Source: Terriglobia bacterium
GTDB taxonomy: Bacteria; Acidobacteriota; Terriglobia; 20CM-2-55-15
Direction of reading: 5' to 3'
Assembly: GCA_965198225.1 (NCBI GenBank)
Contig: CBDAOY010000008.1
Coordinates: forward strand, 1,056,001-1,120,000
DNA length: 64,000 nt
Shown: positions 32,334 through 42,548 of the stretch, one piece after another
Position numbering within the stretch: position 1 is the first letter of the stretch
Layout: each line of letters begins with the position of its first letter
Made by a program: the position numbers and the translations under genes
Notes under the pieces: generated by a model
The model's input: only the letters and a program-made list of their open reading frames with translations
Database searches by the model: none
Told to the model about the DNA's origin: nothing

Positions 32334-32636
32334 ATAGGTGCGGTCTGTAACCATCCTTAAACGGAGGTGTAGGGCCGGTCTATGACCGCACATTCTTCGA
32401 GCCGAAACGATGTGCGCTCAGACAAGCTGTGAACGAATCTCATTTGTTGGAGAATCGCGTGGCGGGGCTTTTCACGAAGAACCTGCGATCCTCAAGTGTA
32501 GGTGCGCTCTATGAGCGCACAAATGCCCGCGGAACCACAAGTTGTGCCGTCATAGACCGCAGCTACACGTGAAAAGTCCCGCCACCCGATTTTCCGTTCC
32601 ATAATTCGTTCACAGCCTGATAGAGCGCTCCTACAC
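32334..32636. repeat. REP cluster with nested MITE-like element
   Basis: About 5 gtaggtgcggtctatgaccgcac-type copies; inner IRs gctgtgaacgaat...attcgttcacagc and ggcggggcttttcacg...cgtgaaaagtcccgcc. Confidence 0.7.
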
Positions 32637-32688
32637 TCGATCCGCAGTGAAAGGGTTCGTGAGAAACGAAAAGTTGTTCATGGGTTCG

Positions 32689-35600
32689 TCAGAACCTGAA
32701 CTTCAGGCCGAGCTGTATCTGGCGTGGCGCAAAGGCCGATGTAAACCCGAGGAAGTCGGTCGGGCTGCGCCCCCGGTCTCCCTCGACGTCGAACGATGTC
32801 AACGCCGATGCGCCGACGATGTTGTTGACACCCGAGAAATTGACGGTGTTGAACAGGTTGAACGCTTCGGCCACCGCCTCCAGTCGATATTCCCGACGTG
32901 GAACCCTGAAGGTTTTGGCAACGCGCAGGTCGAAGCTCGTGAAGGCAGGTCCTCGCCCTGTGTTCCGTCCGGCAAACGGAGGCCGATCTGTGCTGGCGTT
33001 GGTGTCACGGTTGGCGTCAAAGCCGAGCAGCAGGTTGAACGGGTGGCCACTGGAAACGGTCAGGATCGGCGACACCGTCAGATCGGCCAGCGCCTTCCCC
33101 CATCCGAATCCCCGCTCAAAAGGTGAAAGCAGGACACCGCTGAGGACCAGGCGCTGACGTTGATCAAACGCAGACAACGAACGTTCCGACTTTAGATCCA
33201 GCTGGTTCGCCGGCTGAAGGTCGGTGATGAAGTCGACGGTGTCATCGATCGCCTTCGACAGCGTGTAGGACACCTGAAACTGGTGATAGTCGCTGAAGCG
33301 CTTCGAGATCGTTGCCGTCATGCCGTGGTAGATCGAGCTCCCGGACGACTCCACCTGGCTGTCCTGCAGGACCCGCGGGTTAATTGGCGCGAACGTCGGC
33401 CCGAAGGCGTTAGCGCCTGCGATCCGCAGGTTGGTGTTGCGCGACCGCAGCAACTTTGTGCCCTTGTTCAGAAGGTAGTTGACGCTACCGCTCAGGTGCG
33501 TTCCGAACTCCCTCTCGATCCCGAAACTGGCCTGCTGGCTGTAGGGATTCACCAGGTCGCGCGCCGAACGCAGCAGGATCGGTGGCGTGACCCCCGGCTG
33601 GATGCCGAGCGGCGCGACATCCGCCTGGGTGATCTGACGATTCCCGATGACGCCCGTGGCATCGAGGAGACCCCAGATGTGGGCCGATGTCGTGTTGATA
33701 CCCAGTTCCGGCAATCCCGTCAACGGGACGAAAACCTGTGAAATCTGCGTACCGTCGAGGACCTTCTCGATGAAAGCCACGGCCTGGTAGACGGGCGAGT
33801 AAAAAGCGCCATAGGCGCCCCGGACAACAGTCCCAGGCGCCACTTCGTACGCAAAACCGACTCGTGGCGCAACGTTGTTGGTGTCGCGGTGGAGTGGCTT
33901 CCCCTGTAGTTCCACGTCGTAGCGGAAGCCCAGGTTCAGCGTAAGCCGCGGCGTCACCCGGAACTTGTCCTGGATGTATCCGGAAATCAACTTGTTCGTG
34001 ATGTCGGCCTTCGGGTCGCCGAAGCCTTGCTGGTAGAGGAGCGGGAGCCCGAGGTTGAAGGCCTGCAGCGAGGTGATCGACTCCGACAGCGCCGGCACCA
34101 CGCTGGCTTGTCCGAGGGCCACGAGGGCAGCTCCAACACCGGCCGCGGTACCCGGACCGCCGACGTTGTCGACGAGCAGCCCGAGCGGTATACCTTCACC
34201 GAAAACGAAACGACCGCCGAAGAAGACTTCCGTTTCGGTTTCCAGGGGCAGGTACTGCACGTCGCCACCAAACTTGATCTCGTGAGCACCCTTCACCATC
34301 GTGAAGTTGTCCACCCACTGTGCGCGTTTTTCGTTCCGGATGGACGGCAGGAAGAAATCGCGACCGACAAGCGCCGTGCCGTTGATGCTGATCTCCGGAC
34401 CGGACGCATCGGCCGGGAGGGCGTTGAAATCTCTGTCGGCGTATTGAAACCGGAACTCGTTCACCAGATCCGAACTGAAGAAATGGGTGTCACCAAAAAC
34501 GAGCGACAGATCCTGAATCTGGAAGTTGGCACCTCGCGACGGTCCCTTCAGACCGCCGAAGGAACCACCCACTGTATCGATGTCGGTGAACGAGGCTCTT
34601 GCGAACGTCTGGTTGTCGTCCGACACACGGTGGTCGATCCTCACCGACGCGGTATTGTCGTTGTTGGTAAAGGGGAAGACGCCGCTGTTGCTCTCCAGCA
34701 GCCGTATCGTGTCCGGGTAGGCCGCCTGCGTCGTAGTCAGGGCGCCCTCTAAAGCGTTCCCGAGGAACTGCAACGAAGGATCCGGGATCGCCAACAGGGT
34801 CCCGACCAGAACGCGCTGCGAAGCAGTGGGCTCGAAGATGCTGGGGTCCTCCAGAAAGCTCGTGAAATTCGACTCGCGCTGGCGTAGCCCCTCGTAGGAC
34901 AGAAAGAAGAAGCTCTGATTCTCGACGATCGGCCCCCCGACGGCGAAGCCCGCCTGGAGCCGCGAAAAGGGGGGATCGATGTCGGTACCACGCGACCCGA
35001 ACGCAAACGGGTTGCGCGCATCCAACGCCTGGTTCCTGAGGAAGCCGAACACGGTGCCGCCGAGGGAGTTCGTTCCGGACCTGGACACGATGTTGATCAA
35101 TCCCCCCGACGCCCGGCCAAACTCGGCGGAATAATTCGATCGATTGATCTGGAATTCCTGTACCGCTTCCTGGCTGATCGTCGAACGGACCGCCGCCACC
35201 GCATTATCGTTGTTGTCCACGCCGTCGATGGTCACGCTGTTGGAACGACCTCCCTGCCCCGCAAAGGACAGACCGGACGTCGGTGTCTGAGGAAGCGAAA
35301 AGCTGACGAGGGCGTTCGAATCGGTCACCCCTGGGGTAAGCAGGGAGAAGTCCAGGAAGTCCCTCTTATTGATCGGCAGGTTGTCGATACGAAGCTGCGT
35401 GATCGTATCCGCCTGCTGGGTCTTTTCCGCTTCGACAGGCGAGGCCTCACCGATAACGATGATTTCCTGCTGTAAGGCCGCCGGCGTCAGTTCCGCGTCC
35501 ACCCGAGACGACTGGCCGATCAACACCTGGATTGGCCGGCGAGTTAAGAGGGCAAACCCCGGCAACTCGAACATCACTTCGTAATTCGCCGGCGGAAGCA

Positions 35601-35856
35601 ATAAGAGCCGGTAGGCTCCGAGCGCGTCGGTCACGGTCTGACGCGACAGACCCGTGTCGACATTAGTCGCCACCACAGCGACAGACGGCAGGACGGCGCC
35701 GCTGCGGTCCCGGACCGTGCCCTGGATGTTGCCCGAGGACATCTGGGCCTGCGCGTAGGCATCCCCGACAAGGATCAGGCCCACCAGAAGACTGCGGACG
35801 AAAGGCCCATGGATCCACCGCTCTCGCCGGTGCCGCTCACACGGTTCACGCTTCAT
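32689..35856 (-). CDS. TonB-dependent receptor (Oar-like, N-terminal carboxypeptidase-regulatory domain)
   Basis: IQGTVRDRSGAVLP, IDGVDNND, YSAEFGRASGG, C-terminal RQIQLGLKFRF. Confidence 0.92.
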   Translation of the reverse strand: MKREPCERHRRERWIHGPFVRSLLVGLILVGDAYAQAQMSSGNIQGTVRDRSGAVLPSVAVVATNVDTGLSRQTVTDALGAYRLLLLPPANYEVMFELPGFALLTRRPIQVLIGQSSRVDAELTPAALQQEIIVIGEASPVEAEKTQQADTITQLRIDNLPINKRDFLDFSLLTPGVTDSNALVSFSLPQTPTSGLSFAGQGGRSNSVTIDGVDNNDNAVAAVRSTISQEAVQEFQINRSNYSAEFGRASGGLINIVSRSGTNSLGGTVFGFLRNQALDARNPFAFGSRGTDIDPPFSRLQAGFAVGGPIVENQSFFFLSYEGLRQRESNFTSFLEDPSIFEPTASQRVLVGTLLAIPDPSLQFLGNALEGALTTTQAAYPDTIRLLESNSGVFPFTNNDNTASVRIDHRVSDDNQTFARASFTDIDTVGGSFGGLKGPSRGANFQIQDLSLVFGDTHFFSSDLVNEFRFQYADRDFNALPADASGPEISINGTALVGRDFFLPSIRNEKRAQWVDNFTMVKGAHEIKFGGDVQYLPLETETEVFFGGRFVFGEGIPLGLLVDNVGGPGTAAGVGAALVALGQASVVPALSESITSLQAFNLGLPLLYQQGFGDPKADITNKLISGYIQDKFRVTPRLTLNLGFRYDVELQGKPLHRDTNNVAPRVGFAYEVAPGTVVRGAYGAFYSPVYQAVAFIEKVLDGTQISQVFVPLTGLPELGINTTSAHIWGLLDATGVIGNRQITQADVAPLGIQPGVTPPILLRSARDLVNPYSQQASFGIEREFGTHLSGSVNYLLNKGTKLLRSRNTNLRIAGANAFGPTFAPINPRVLQDSQVESSGSSIYHGMTATISKRFSDYHQFQVSYTLSKAIDDTVDFITDLQPANQLDLKSERSLSAFDQRQRLVLSGVLLSPFERGFGWGKALADLTVSPILTVSSGHPFNLLLGFDANRDTNASTDRPPFAGRNTGRGPAFTSFDLRVAKTFRVPRREYRLEAVAEAFNLFNTVNFSGVNNIVGASALTSFDVEGDRGRSPTDFLGFTSAFAPRQIQLGLKFRF

Positions 35857-35891
35857 GGAACGCAATGCTCTCGGTCGCCTTCGTCAATTCT

Positions 35892-36866
35892 TCAAGATCC
35901 GTTCTTGGGGTCGCCGTTGCCTTCGCTCTTCAGACTCTCGTACTCTTCGAGGAGACCCTCCAGGTGCGAGCGTTCCTCGCGGGCGAACTCGCGAAAGACC
36001 TTGCGCCCTCGCGGGTCTTCCAACTGCCGGGCAAAGTTGTTGAAAAAATGGTGCGACCTTCGCTCCAGGTCGATCGCGATACTGAGGGCTTCCAGATGTG
36101 TGGTCTCGTCGGAAACTTCCACCTGGAGGAGCTTCCTCTGAGGGAAGATCTCGTCTGCAATCTTTCTGCTCGCGGGAAGCCTTGACGGCTCCCGGCGCAG
36201 CCACGCGTTTTCCTCGATCAACGCCTTGTACTCCCCCTGCAGACGTTCCAGGTGCTCCGACTCCTCTTCGGCCAGCTGCCGGAACATCCGCCGGCCGGAG
36301 GTGTCCTTGGTCTTCTTCGATGCATTCGTGTAGAAACTGTACCCTCGCCGCTCGACGGCAAGGGTCAGCTCGAGAGCGTCGCGGGCCAGTATCTTCTGCT
36401 GCCTCTGGCGTTCGGTGAGGCCCGCCTGCCTGGCTTCCTTCTTCGCACAACTTCGGCACAACCCGTAGATCGCGTACCGACTGTAGCGTTCCTCGAATCG
36501 ATGTTCTTCGGTGACCGATTTGATCAACCGCTCTATTTTCGGCGAAGAAAACTCTTCGGTCTTGCCGCACTTGTTGCAGACGAAATGAATGTGGTTCGGT
36601 TCGTCGATGAGCGCTTCATAGAGTGTCGTGTTGTCGCTCTTCGACTGACGAACCATACCCGAGTCGAGCAGGAGCTTCAGCGTCCGGTACACGGTGGACA
36701 GGCCCACCCGGTGTCCACGCTCGAGTAGACGCTCCCGGATCTCCTCGACCGTGGGGTGTCCCTCCAGATCGAGCAGTGTCTCCCACACCAGTGTCCGCTG
36801 AGAAGTCTTCTTGAGTTGTTTCTCAGCCAGAAAGTCCTGAAACCGCTTCTTCTGCTTCATCGGCAC
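35892..36866 (-). CDS. Fur-family regulator fused to ferritin-like (rubrerythrin-type) domain
   Basis: TSQR, HPTVEE, STVYRTL, HIHFVCNKCG, CRSC; then ERRGYSFY, EESEH, ERRSHHFF, EERSH. Confidence 0.85.
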   Translation of the reverse strand: MPMKQKKRFQDFLAEKQLKKTSQRTLVWETLLDLEGHPTVEEIRERLLERGHRVGLSTVYRTLKLLLDSGMVRQSKSDNTTLYEALIDEPNHIHFVCNKCGKTEEFSSPKIERLIKSVTEEHRFEERYSRYAIYGLCRSCAKKEARQAGLTERQRQQKILARDALELTLAVERRGYSFYTNASKKTKDTSGRRMFRQLAEEESEHLERLQGEYKALIEENAWLRREPSRLPASRKIADEIFPQRKLLQVEVSDETTHLEALSIAIDLERRSHHFFNNFARQLEDPRGRKVFREFAREERSHLEGLLEEYESLKSEGNGDPKNGS

Positions 36867-37033
36867 CCGAATTATAAGGTACGGTGGACCAAGATCGAAG
36901 GAATCAAGGGAGGAGACACGAGTGCGCCGCGGAAGCCCGAATCGAGAAGGCTGCGGGCTGTAGGCCAGCTTACTTTCCAGTGTGACGATTATGGTATAGT
37001 CTTTTGTTTACAAATCCTTGTGAGGGATACGAA

Positions 37034-37594
37034 ATGAAGAGACTTCTGTTCCTGAGTGTTCTTTCGCTTGCGCTGGTCGCCTGCGGGGCAGGCGAACCCG
37101 TCGCCGGGACCGACCCCACGGGGGCGGCGGTCGCCGAGCCGGAACCCGAACTGAGGGGCGCACCCGAATTCGATCTCGCTTCTTTTGCCGGCGGCACGAT
37201 CAATTCGGAGGACCTCAAGGGCAAGGTCCTGGTGGTCGACTTCTGGGCGACCTGGTGTAAACCCTGTATCGACGAAATCCCCAACTTCAACGCTCTCGAC
37301 GCCGAACAGAGCGACGACAGGGTCGTCATGCTGGGAATCACGGTCGAATCGGGGTCCTACGACGACGTTGAACCCTATATCACCGAGCTTGGTATCCAGT
37401 ATCCAGTCGTCATGGGAAACGAGGACGTGGTTACCGGTTTCGGTGGGCTGATTGGGTTTCCGACGACGTTCGTCGTAAGCCCGGACTGGAAGGTCTACCA
37501 GCGGTACCTCGGGATGAAACCGGACAAGAAGGAGCGGATCGAGCAGGACATCCTCGATCTGATCGGCCCCCCGACGACTGAAACCATTTCGTAG
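37034..37594 (+). CDS. TlpA-family thiol-disulfide oxidoreductase lipoprotein
   Basis: LVAC lipobox; DFWATWCKPCIDEIP; FPTTF. Confidence 0.9.
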   Translation: MKRLLFLSVLSLALVACGAGEPVAGTDPTGAAVAEPEPELRGAPEFDLASFAGGTINSEDLKGKVLVVDFWATWCKPCIDEIPNFNALDAEQSDDRVVMLGITVESGSYDDVEPYITELGIQYPVVMGNEDVVTGFGGLIGFPTTFVVSPDWKVYQRYLGMKPDKKERIEQDILDLIGPPTTETIS

Positions 37595-37619
37595 TTCAGG
37601 CACCACGGAGATCCTGGAG

Positions 37620-37649
37620 AGGCGGCGCCGGCGCGCCGCCTTTTTCTTT
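37620..37649 (+). terminator. rho-independent terminator
   Basis: ggcggcgc...gcgccgcc hairpin followed by tttttcttt after the tlpA-like gene. Confidence 0.85.
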
Positions 37650-37650
37650 G

Positions 37651-39626
37651 GTGCGCCAGGCATGGCGCGCAGCGCCATGAATTGGCGCTGGATAACCGGG
37701 GAGCGAAAGCGAACCGGGAAGTGACTAGGAGGTGAGAGTCCTCTGGGGGCCTTGATGACAGGAACCCTTAGCCGATGTGGCAACTGCGTCCGAGCAATCG
37801 GGGGTGGGAAGGAAGCCATAGGCAAAACTCTGGCCCGAGGCACACGAACCGCATAAGAGGCAGGCGTCAGGTGGGCGAAGAGGCCAACAGATCGGAAGCC
37901 CAATGTCATCCGGACCGGGCGTTTGTAGATGCGGCGGGTAGATGGAGTGAAAGTCACGTGCCTTACCCTGGGAGATCCGTTGTCTTGCTGGGAACAGCTA
38001 GAGTCGTCGAGAGGCGGCGCGATGGGGCGGCGGAAGTCAGCCACGGTCATAGTAGCCCGGCGGAGCCGGGGTGAAGGACCACACATGGAGAAGAGACCGA
38101 CACGGAGCGTTCGATGCGAAACGGAGACGCAGACAAGAGGGCTGAGAAGCCGGAACCGAACCGGAAGGATAGCGGCGGAACCGTGACAGATACGGATGAG
38201 GGGCGTCAAACTCGCACGGCACGTCACGAGCAAGTCGGGATCGAGGAGGGAATGCTACTGGAGAAGGTGCTGGAACGGAATCGGGATCGAGGAGGGAATG
38301 CTGACTGGAGAAGGTGCTGGAACGGGAAAACGTTCTGGCCGCATACCGACGCGTCGGGAAAACGTTCTGGCCGCATACCGACGCGTCAAGGCCAATAGCG
38401 GGGCGGCGGGAATCGACGGGATGACCGTTGAGGACCTGATGCCGCACTGTCAGATGCACTGGACGCGAGTCCGTCAAGAACTGCTCGACGAGACGTACCG
38501 CCCCCAACCGGTGAGGAAAGTCGATATTCTGAAACCGGACGGAGGGATACGGACGCTGGGCATTCCGACCGTGATGGACCGGATGATTCAACAGGCTCTG
38601 CTTCAGGTTCTCCAACCCCTATGGGATCGGACGTTCTCGGAAGATAGCTACGGCTACCGACCGGGACGAAGCGCCCAAAAGGCGGTGGTGCGTGCTCGGG
38701 AACACATTCGAGCCGGACATCGCTGGGTGGTGGACCTGGACATCGAGAAGTTCTTTGATCGCGTCAACCATGACGTGCTGATGGCACGCGTGGCGCGACG
38801 AATCAAAGACAAACGGGTGCTTCGATTGATTCGGCGCTATCTACAGGCCGGACTGATGGAGGGCGGGCTGGTGTCGCCCCGGGCAGAAGGGACGCCGCAA
38901 GGCGGCCCCCTCTCGCCTCTGCTGTCGAACCTGTTGCTGGATGAACTGGATCGGGAGTTGGGGAAACGTGGGCACCGCTTCGTTCGTTATGCCGACGATG
39001 TGAATGTGTACATTCGCTCCGAGGCAGCGGGTCAGCGGGTCATGGCATCGCTGGAATGTTTTCTGGACAGGAGACTCCGGCTGAAGGTGAACCGGGCCAA
39101 AAGCGCCGTGGCGCGGCCGTGGAAGCGAAAGTTCCTCGGGTACAGTTTCACGGCGCATCGCGAGGCCAAACTGAAGGTTTCGGATTCGTCGTTAAAACGA
39201 CTGAAAATGAGACTTCGGGAGATCACGCGAGCCGGGCGAGGCCGAAGCCTCGCTCGCACGATCGGAACACTCATTCCCATCATTCGGGGTTGGGTGGCTT
39301 ACTATCGCTTGGCGGAGGTTCGAGGCAGCTTCGAGCGACTGGATCAGTGGTTGCGCCGTCGATCTTGTGGCAGCAGTGGAAGCGGAACCGAACACGATTC
39401 CGGGAACTCACTCGACGCGGTATTGCGACCGCTCGGGCTCGGACCTCGGTTTCCAACGGGCGCGGGCCTTGGTGGAATGCGGGCGCCAGCCATATGAATC
39501 AGGCTGTCCCCGCCTCTGCCTTCCGTCGCCTGGGTTTGCAATCCTTCTCCGAGGTGCATTCCCGACTTCAATCTTTATGAACCGCCGTATACGGAACCGT
39601 ACGTACGGTGGGTGGGAGGCGGGGTG
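37651..39626 (+). mobile_element. class C (IIC) group II intron, degenerate, 3' end apparently lost
   Basis: 5' GTGCG directly after the terminator; domain V gaaccgccgtatacggaaccgtacgtacggtgg at ~39579-39613; RT ORF inside. Confidence 0.85.
38114..39580 (+). pseudogene. ltrA: group II intron reverse transcriptase/maturase, frameshifted
   Basis: GAAGIDG, RTLGIPTVMDR, DLDIEKFFD, GTPQGGPLSP, YADD; N-terminus broken by tandem duplications (~38235-38387); C-terminal shift at ~39360. Confidence 0.85.
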
Positions 39627-39636
39627 TGGCGAACAG

Positions 39637-39778
39637 GCGGTCATAGCGCACCTACACGGGAATCAATCAGCGGTGTAGGTGCCGACCGCACCCGATGCGA
39701 ACACCTGTGCGGTCATAGACCGCACCTACACGGGAATCAACATTTCGGTGCGGTGTAGGTGCGGTCTATGACCGCACA
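39637..39778. repeat. cluster of four REP elements
   Basis: Alternating gcggtcatagaccgcacctacac / gtgtaggtgcggtctatgaccgcac, two copies degenerate. Confidence 0.8.
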
Positions 39779-39786
39779 TCCCTTCG

Positions 39787-40596
39787 CTACAACGGAAGGC
39801 TTACGGAAAAGAGCAGGAACTTCGAAAAGAACTCGCCGAACAGGAGAGTGACGACGGCCAGGTAGAGCAGTCCCGTTGCGGCCTGGGTGTGGCGGAGCTT
39901 GAGCGTGCTCCAGATCATGACGCCCAGCACTATCGGAGCGACCACGCCGAACAGCAAGCGTGGCCAGAAGAACAGGGCCTGGCGAACGAACAACTCGGAG
40001 GCGACATTAGAGAACGGAATCGCCTGGACAGCGTTCAACACCACCAAAGTCAGCGCGATCGTCAGCACGCGGAAAGCGATCGTCCCCATGTAAACCTTCG
40101 TCAGGAGCCGGATCGGATCGATCGACAGTTTCGGTACCACCAGGTACCAGTGCCCGAAGACCATCGTCAGCATTACCGAACCCAGCAGCGCGGTCGCGCC
40201 CAGATGGTTGATCGCCAACACCCATCGCTCCCACCCGCCCAACTCCATCAGCGGGACGAAGGCGAGGGAATCCAGGACGATCGCGATTGTCCCGGCCGTC
40301 GTTGCCGCAACCAGCAACACCAGCGCGGGGCCGTACTTATCGATGTGAACCGTTCGATTGTAGAGACCCGCCAGCAGGGTCGCCACGAGCAGGAAGACGA
40401 CCGGAAGCTGACCCTCGCGGACCGGAGACGGAAAGAGAAAGTCGAAGCCCAGGGTGGTCGCCATCAACACGGCTGCGGTCGAGCTGCTGAACTTGAAGAA
40501 ACTCTTGCCGATCGTGCGGGGCGAGATGAACAGCAGGGTCCACAACATGCCGACGCCCAACTGCGAGAATAGAAAGAAAAAAGTCGAGGAAATCAT
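39787..40596 (-). CDS. polytopic membrane protein of unknown function
   Basis: About 8 TM helices; GHWYLV and HTQAATGLLY motifs. Confidence 0.7.
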   Translation of the reverse strand: MISSTFFFLFSQLGVGMLWTLLFISPRTIGKSFFKFSSSTAAVLMATTLGFDFLFPSPVREGQLPVVFLLVATLLAGLYNRTVHIDKYGPALVLLVAATTAGTIAIVLDSLAFVPLMELGGWERWVLAINHLGATALLGSVMLTMVFGHWYLVVPKLSIDPIRLLTKVYMGTIAFRVLTIALTLVVLNAVQAIPFSNVASELFVRQALFFWPRLLFGVVAPIVLGVMIWSTLKLRHTQAATGLLYLAVVTLLFGEFFSKFLLFSVSLPL

Positions 40597-40680
40597 GGTT
40601 CGATCAGACGATTGCGGCTCGCCTCAGTACAGGTTTTCGCCCATTGACCCAAACGAAGAATATAGCATCGATGGGTTGGT

Positions 40681-41934
40681 TCACCCTTCGGACGCGATAC
40701 CGAGATACTCCTCGGCCGCGGCGCGGGCCCGTTCGATGCGGTCCCACGCCGAGCGATCGATCAGGACCAGGAATCTCCACAGGGCCCGATGCTTTTCCTT
40801 GAGAATGCGGATCTCACTGTTGCTGCTACCCGACAGCGGCTGGATCCTACCGCCTTCCATGCGGGCCGGTACCTCCGCTTCGGGCAGCGACATCCCGATC
40901 GACGGGCAGTAGACGATCACCTGGTGGGCGGCGAGACCCGCCCTCTCGGCGATCGTACGCTCCGCGACTTCCCTCTCGGAGGCGCCGTAGTGATACCGAT
41001 CCACGAGCTCCTTTTGCCGGGCCTCCCCCACGGCGAGCGTCGCCAGAAAGCATGGCTTGTAGAGCTGTCGCGATTCCAACCGATCGAGGATGTGCCGTAT
41101 CGCCGGGTGGTCGGGAAACCGTTGTCGTAAGGTCCAGATCAGTGTGTCGTCCCTGAGGATTCTCAGCTCCGAGGGATCGAAGCCCGATCCCAGTGCCAGC
41201 TCGACGGTCTTGGAGATCATCGCCCCCGACGATAGCTTGGTGTGGTGGAAGTAGACCCTCTCGGAGAGCGTGTAGCGGATCCGGAGCAGGTTGACCAGCT
41301 CAGATAACGCATCCCGTCGCAACATGCCGTGTTTCTCCAGATTCATCACCAGCCGGCCGTTCGCTGCCGAAAAGGACTGATAGATCCGGTTGTCGTAGTG
41401 CTGTGAGAGACCGCAAAAATAGGTGTCTCGACGGATGTAGTCCAGCAAATCGGCGCTGATCGCCCCACCGACGATGTCGGAGCGGAGGTCCCCTCCCGCA
41501 GTCAGGATCGAAACCACCTCGTCGCGAATACCGAGCCTCTTCAAGATGGACCCAACCGCCGAGTCTTCCAGAAAGTAGCGCAGTCGCCCCTCATCCTCGT
41601 CGTGACGCGGCAGGACCCGGCGCTCATCTTCCAATGTGTGGCCGAACGGAATGTGTGTGATGTCGTGCAGCAGGGCGGCCACACGGATCACGGTCTCGTC
41701 GTCGTCGGAGACTGTCGCAGTCCGCCGGATCGCGTCGACAAACAGGTGGGCGACCCAGGAGGTGCCAAGCGAATGCTCGAACCGCGTGTGCGTGGCCGAC
41801 GGGTACACCAGGTATGCCGTCCCCAGCTGCTTGATCCCACGTAGGCGTTGGAACTCCGGAGTGTCGATCAATTCCATTTCCAGGGGGCCGAGCTCGATAT
41901 CCCCATGGACGGCGTCGCGCAACAGTTTGGCCAT
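40681..41934 (-). CDS. HD-domain phosphohydrolase (SAMHD1/YdhJ-like)
   Basis: RDAVHG, FQRLRGIKQLG, HTRFEHSLG, LLHD, DLLDYIRRD, VYFHH. Confidence 0.9.
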   Translation of the reverse strand: MAKLLRDAVHGDIELGPLEMELIDTPEFQRLRGIKQLGTAYLVYPSATHTRFEHSLGTSWVAHLFVDAIRRTATVSDDDETVIRVAALLHDITHIPFGHTLEDERRVLPRHDEDEGRLRYFLEDSAVGSILKRLGIRDEVVSILTAGGDLRSDIVGGAISADLLDYIRRDTYFCGLSQHYDNRIYQSFSAANGRLVMNLEKHGMLRRDALSELVNLLRIRYTLSERVYFHHTKLSSGAMISKTVELALGSGFDPSELRILRDDTLIWTLRQRFPDHPAIRHILDRLESRQLYKPCFLATLAVGEARQKELVDRYHYGASEREVAERTIAERAGLAAHQVIVYCPSIGMSLPEAEVPARMEGGRIQPLSGSSNSEIRILKEKHRALWRFLVLIDRSAWDRIERARAAAEEYLGIASEG

Positions 41935-42078
41935 AGCGAGCGATTATGCCGCATCTCGCCTGTCGTTGCGCAGCGCGTGGGAAACGGAGGTTACAACTTA
42001 TTGCAAGAGCGAGTCAGGAGTCCGACCGGGCTGGAAGGTGCAAACAAGCTATAATGCCTCGGCAACAGGAGGTTCATC

Positions 42079-42522
42079 TTGAAAACTGTTTCTTTATTGA
42101 TTGTCATTTCTTTCCTGGCCGTCTCCTGCGGTGAAGCGACGGAGCCCGAGCCCGCGGCAACGCCGGAGCCTGCCGCAGAGCCGGCGCCGGCGGTCCCGAC
42201 CGGAACTCAGGAAGATCCGTTCGTCGGCCAGGGAGTCGTCCGGGGGATTGGCGACGACGGCGCGCTGACGATCGAACACGGCGAAATCCCCGGGTTCATG
42301 GCCGCGATGACGATGTCCTTTCCGGTGGCGGACGAAGCGCTTCTCGAGTCGGTTGCGGTCGATGATGAAATCACGTTCCGCATCGAACTTCTAACCGACG
42401 GGTATCACATCTTCGCCATCGAGAAGTCCGACGGCGAAGGATCCGAAGAGGAACACGGCGAAGAGGGAGAAGAAGAGGGCCACGACGACGATTCCGAGTC
42501 CGAAGAGGGAACCACGGGCTAA
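42079..42522 (+). CDS. CusF-like copper-binding lipoprotein with acidic tail
   Basis: AVSC lipobox; IEHGEIPGFMAAMTMSF. Confidence 0.75.
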   Translation: MKTVSLLIVISFLAVSCGEATEPEPAATPEPAAEPAPAVPTGTQEDPFVGQGVVRGIGDDGALTIEHGEIPGFMAAMTMSFPVADEALLESVAVDDEITFRIELLTDGYHIFAIEKSDGEGSEEEHGEEGEEEGHDDDSESEEGTTG

Positions 42523-42548
42523 AGCGTTCCGATCGTGCCGGGGGTCTA

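Noticed and set aside
36989-38233. 414-aa minus-strand ORF
   Set aside because: Antisense to the tlpA-like gene and the intron RNA; composition is not protein-like.
38114-39580. RT as a retron, DGR or defence RT
   Set aside because: The GTGCG 5' end, domain V and maturase region identify a group II intron; no TR/VR pair or msr-msd seen.
39637-39778. Possible CRISPR array
   Set aside because: Repeats alternate in orientation, spacers are irregular, copies are dispersed elsewhere and there are no cas genes; these are REPs.
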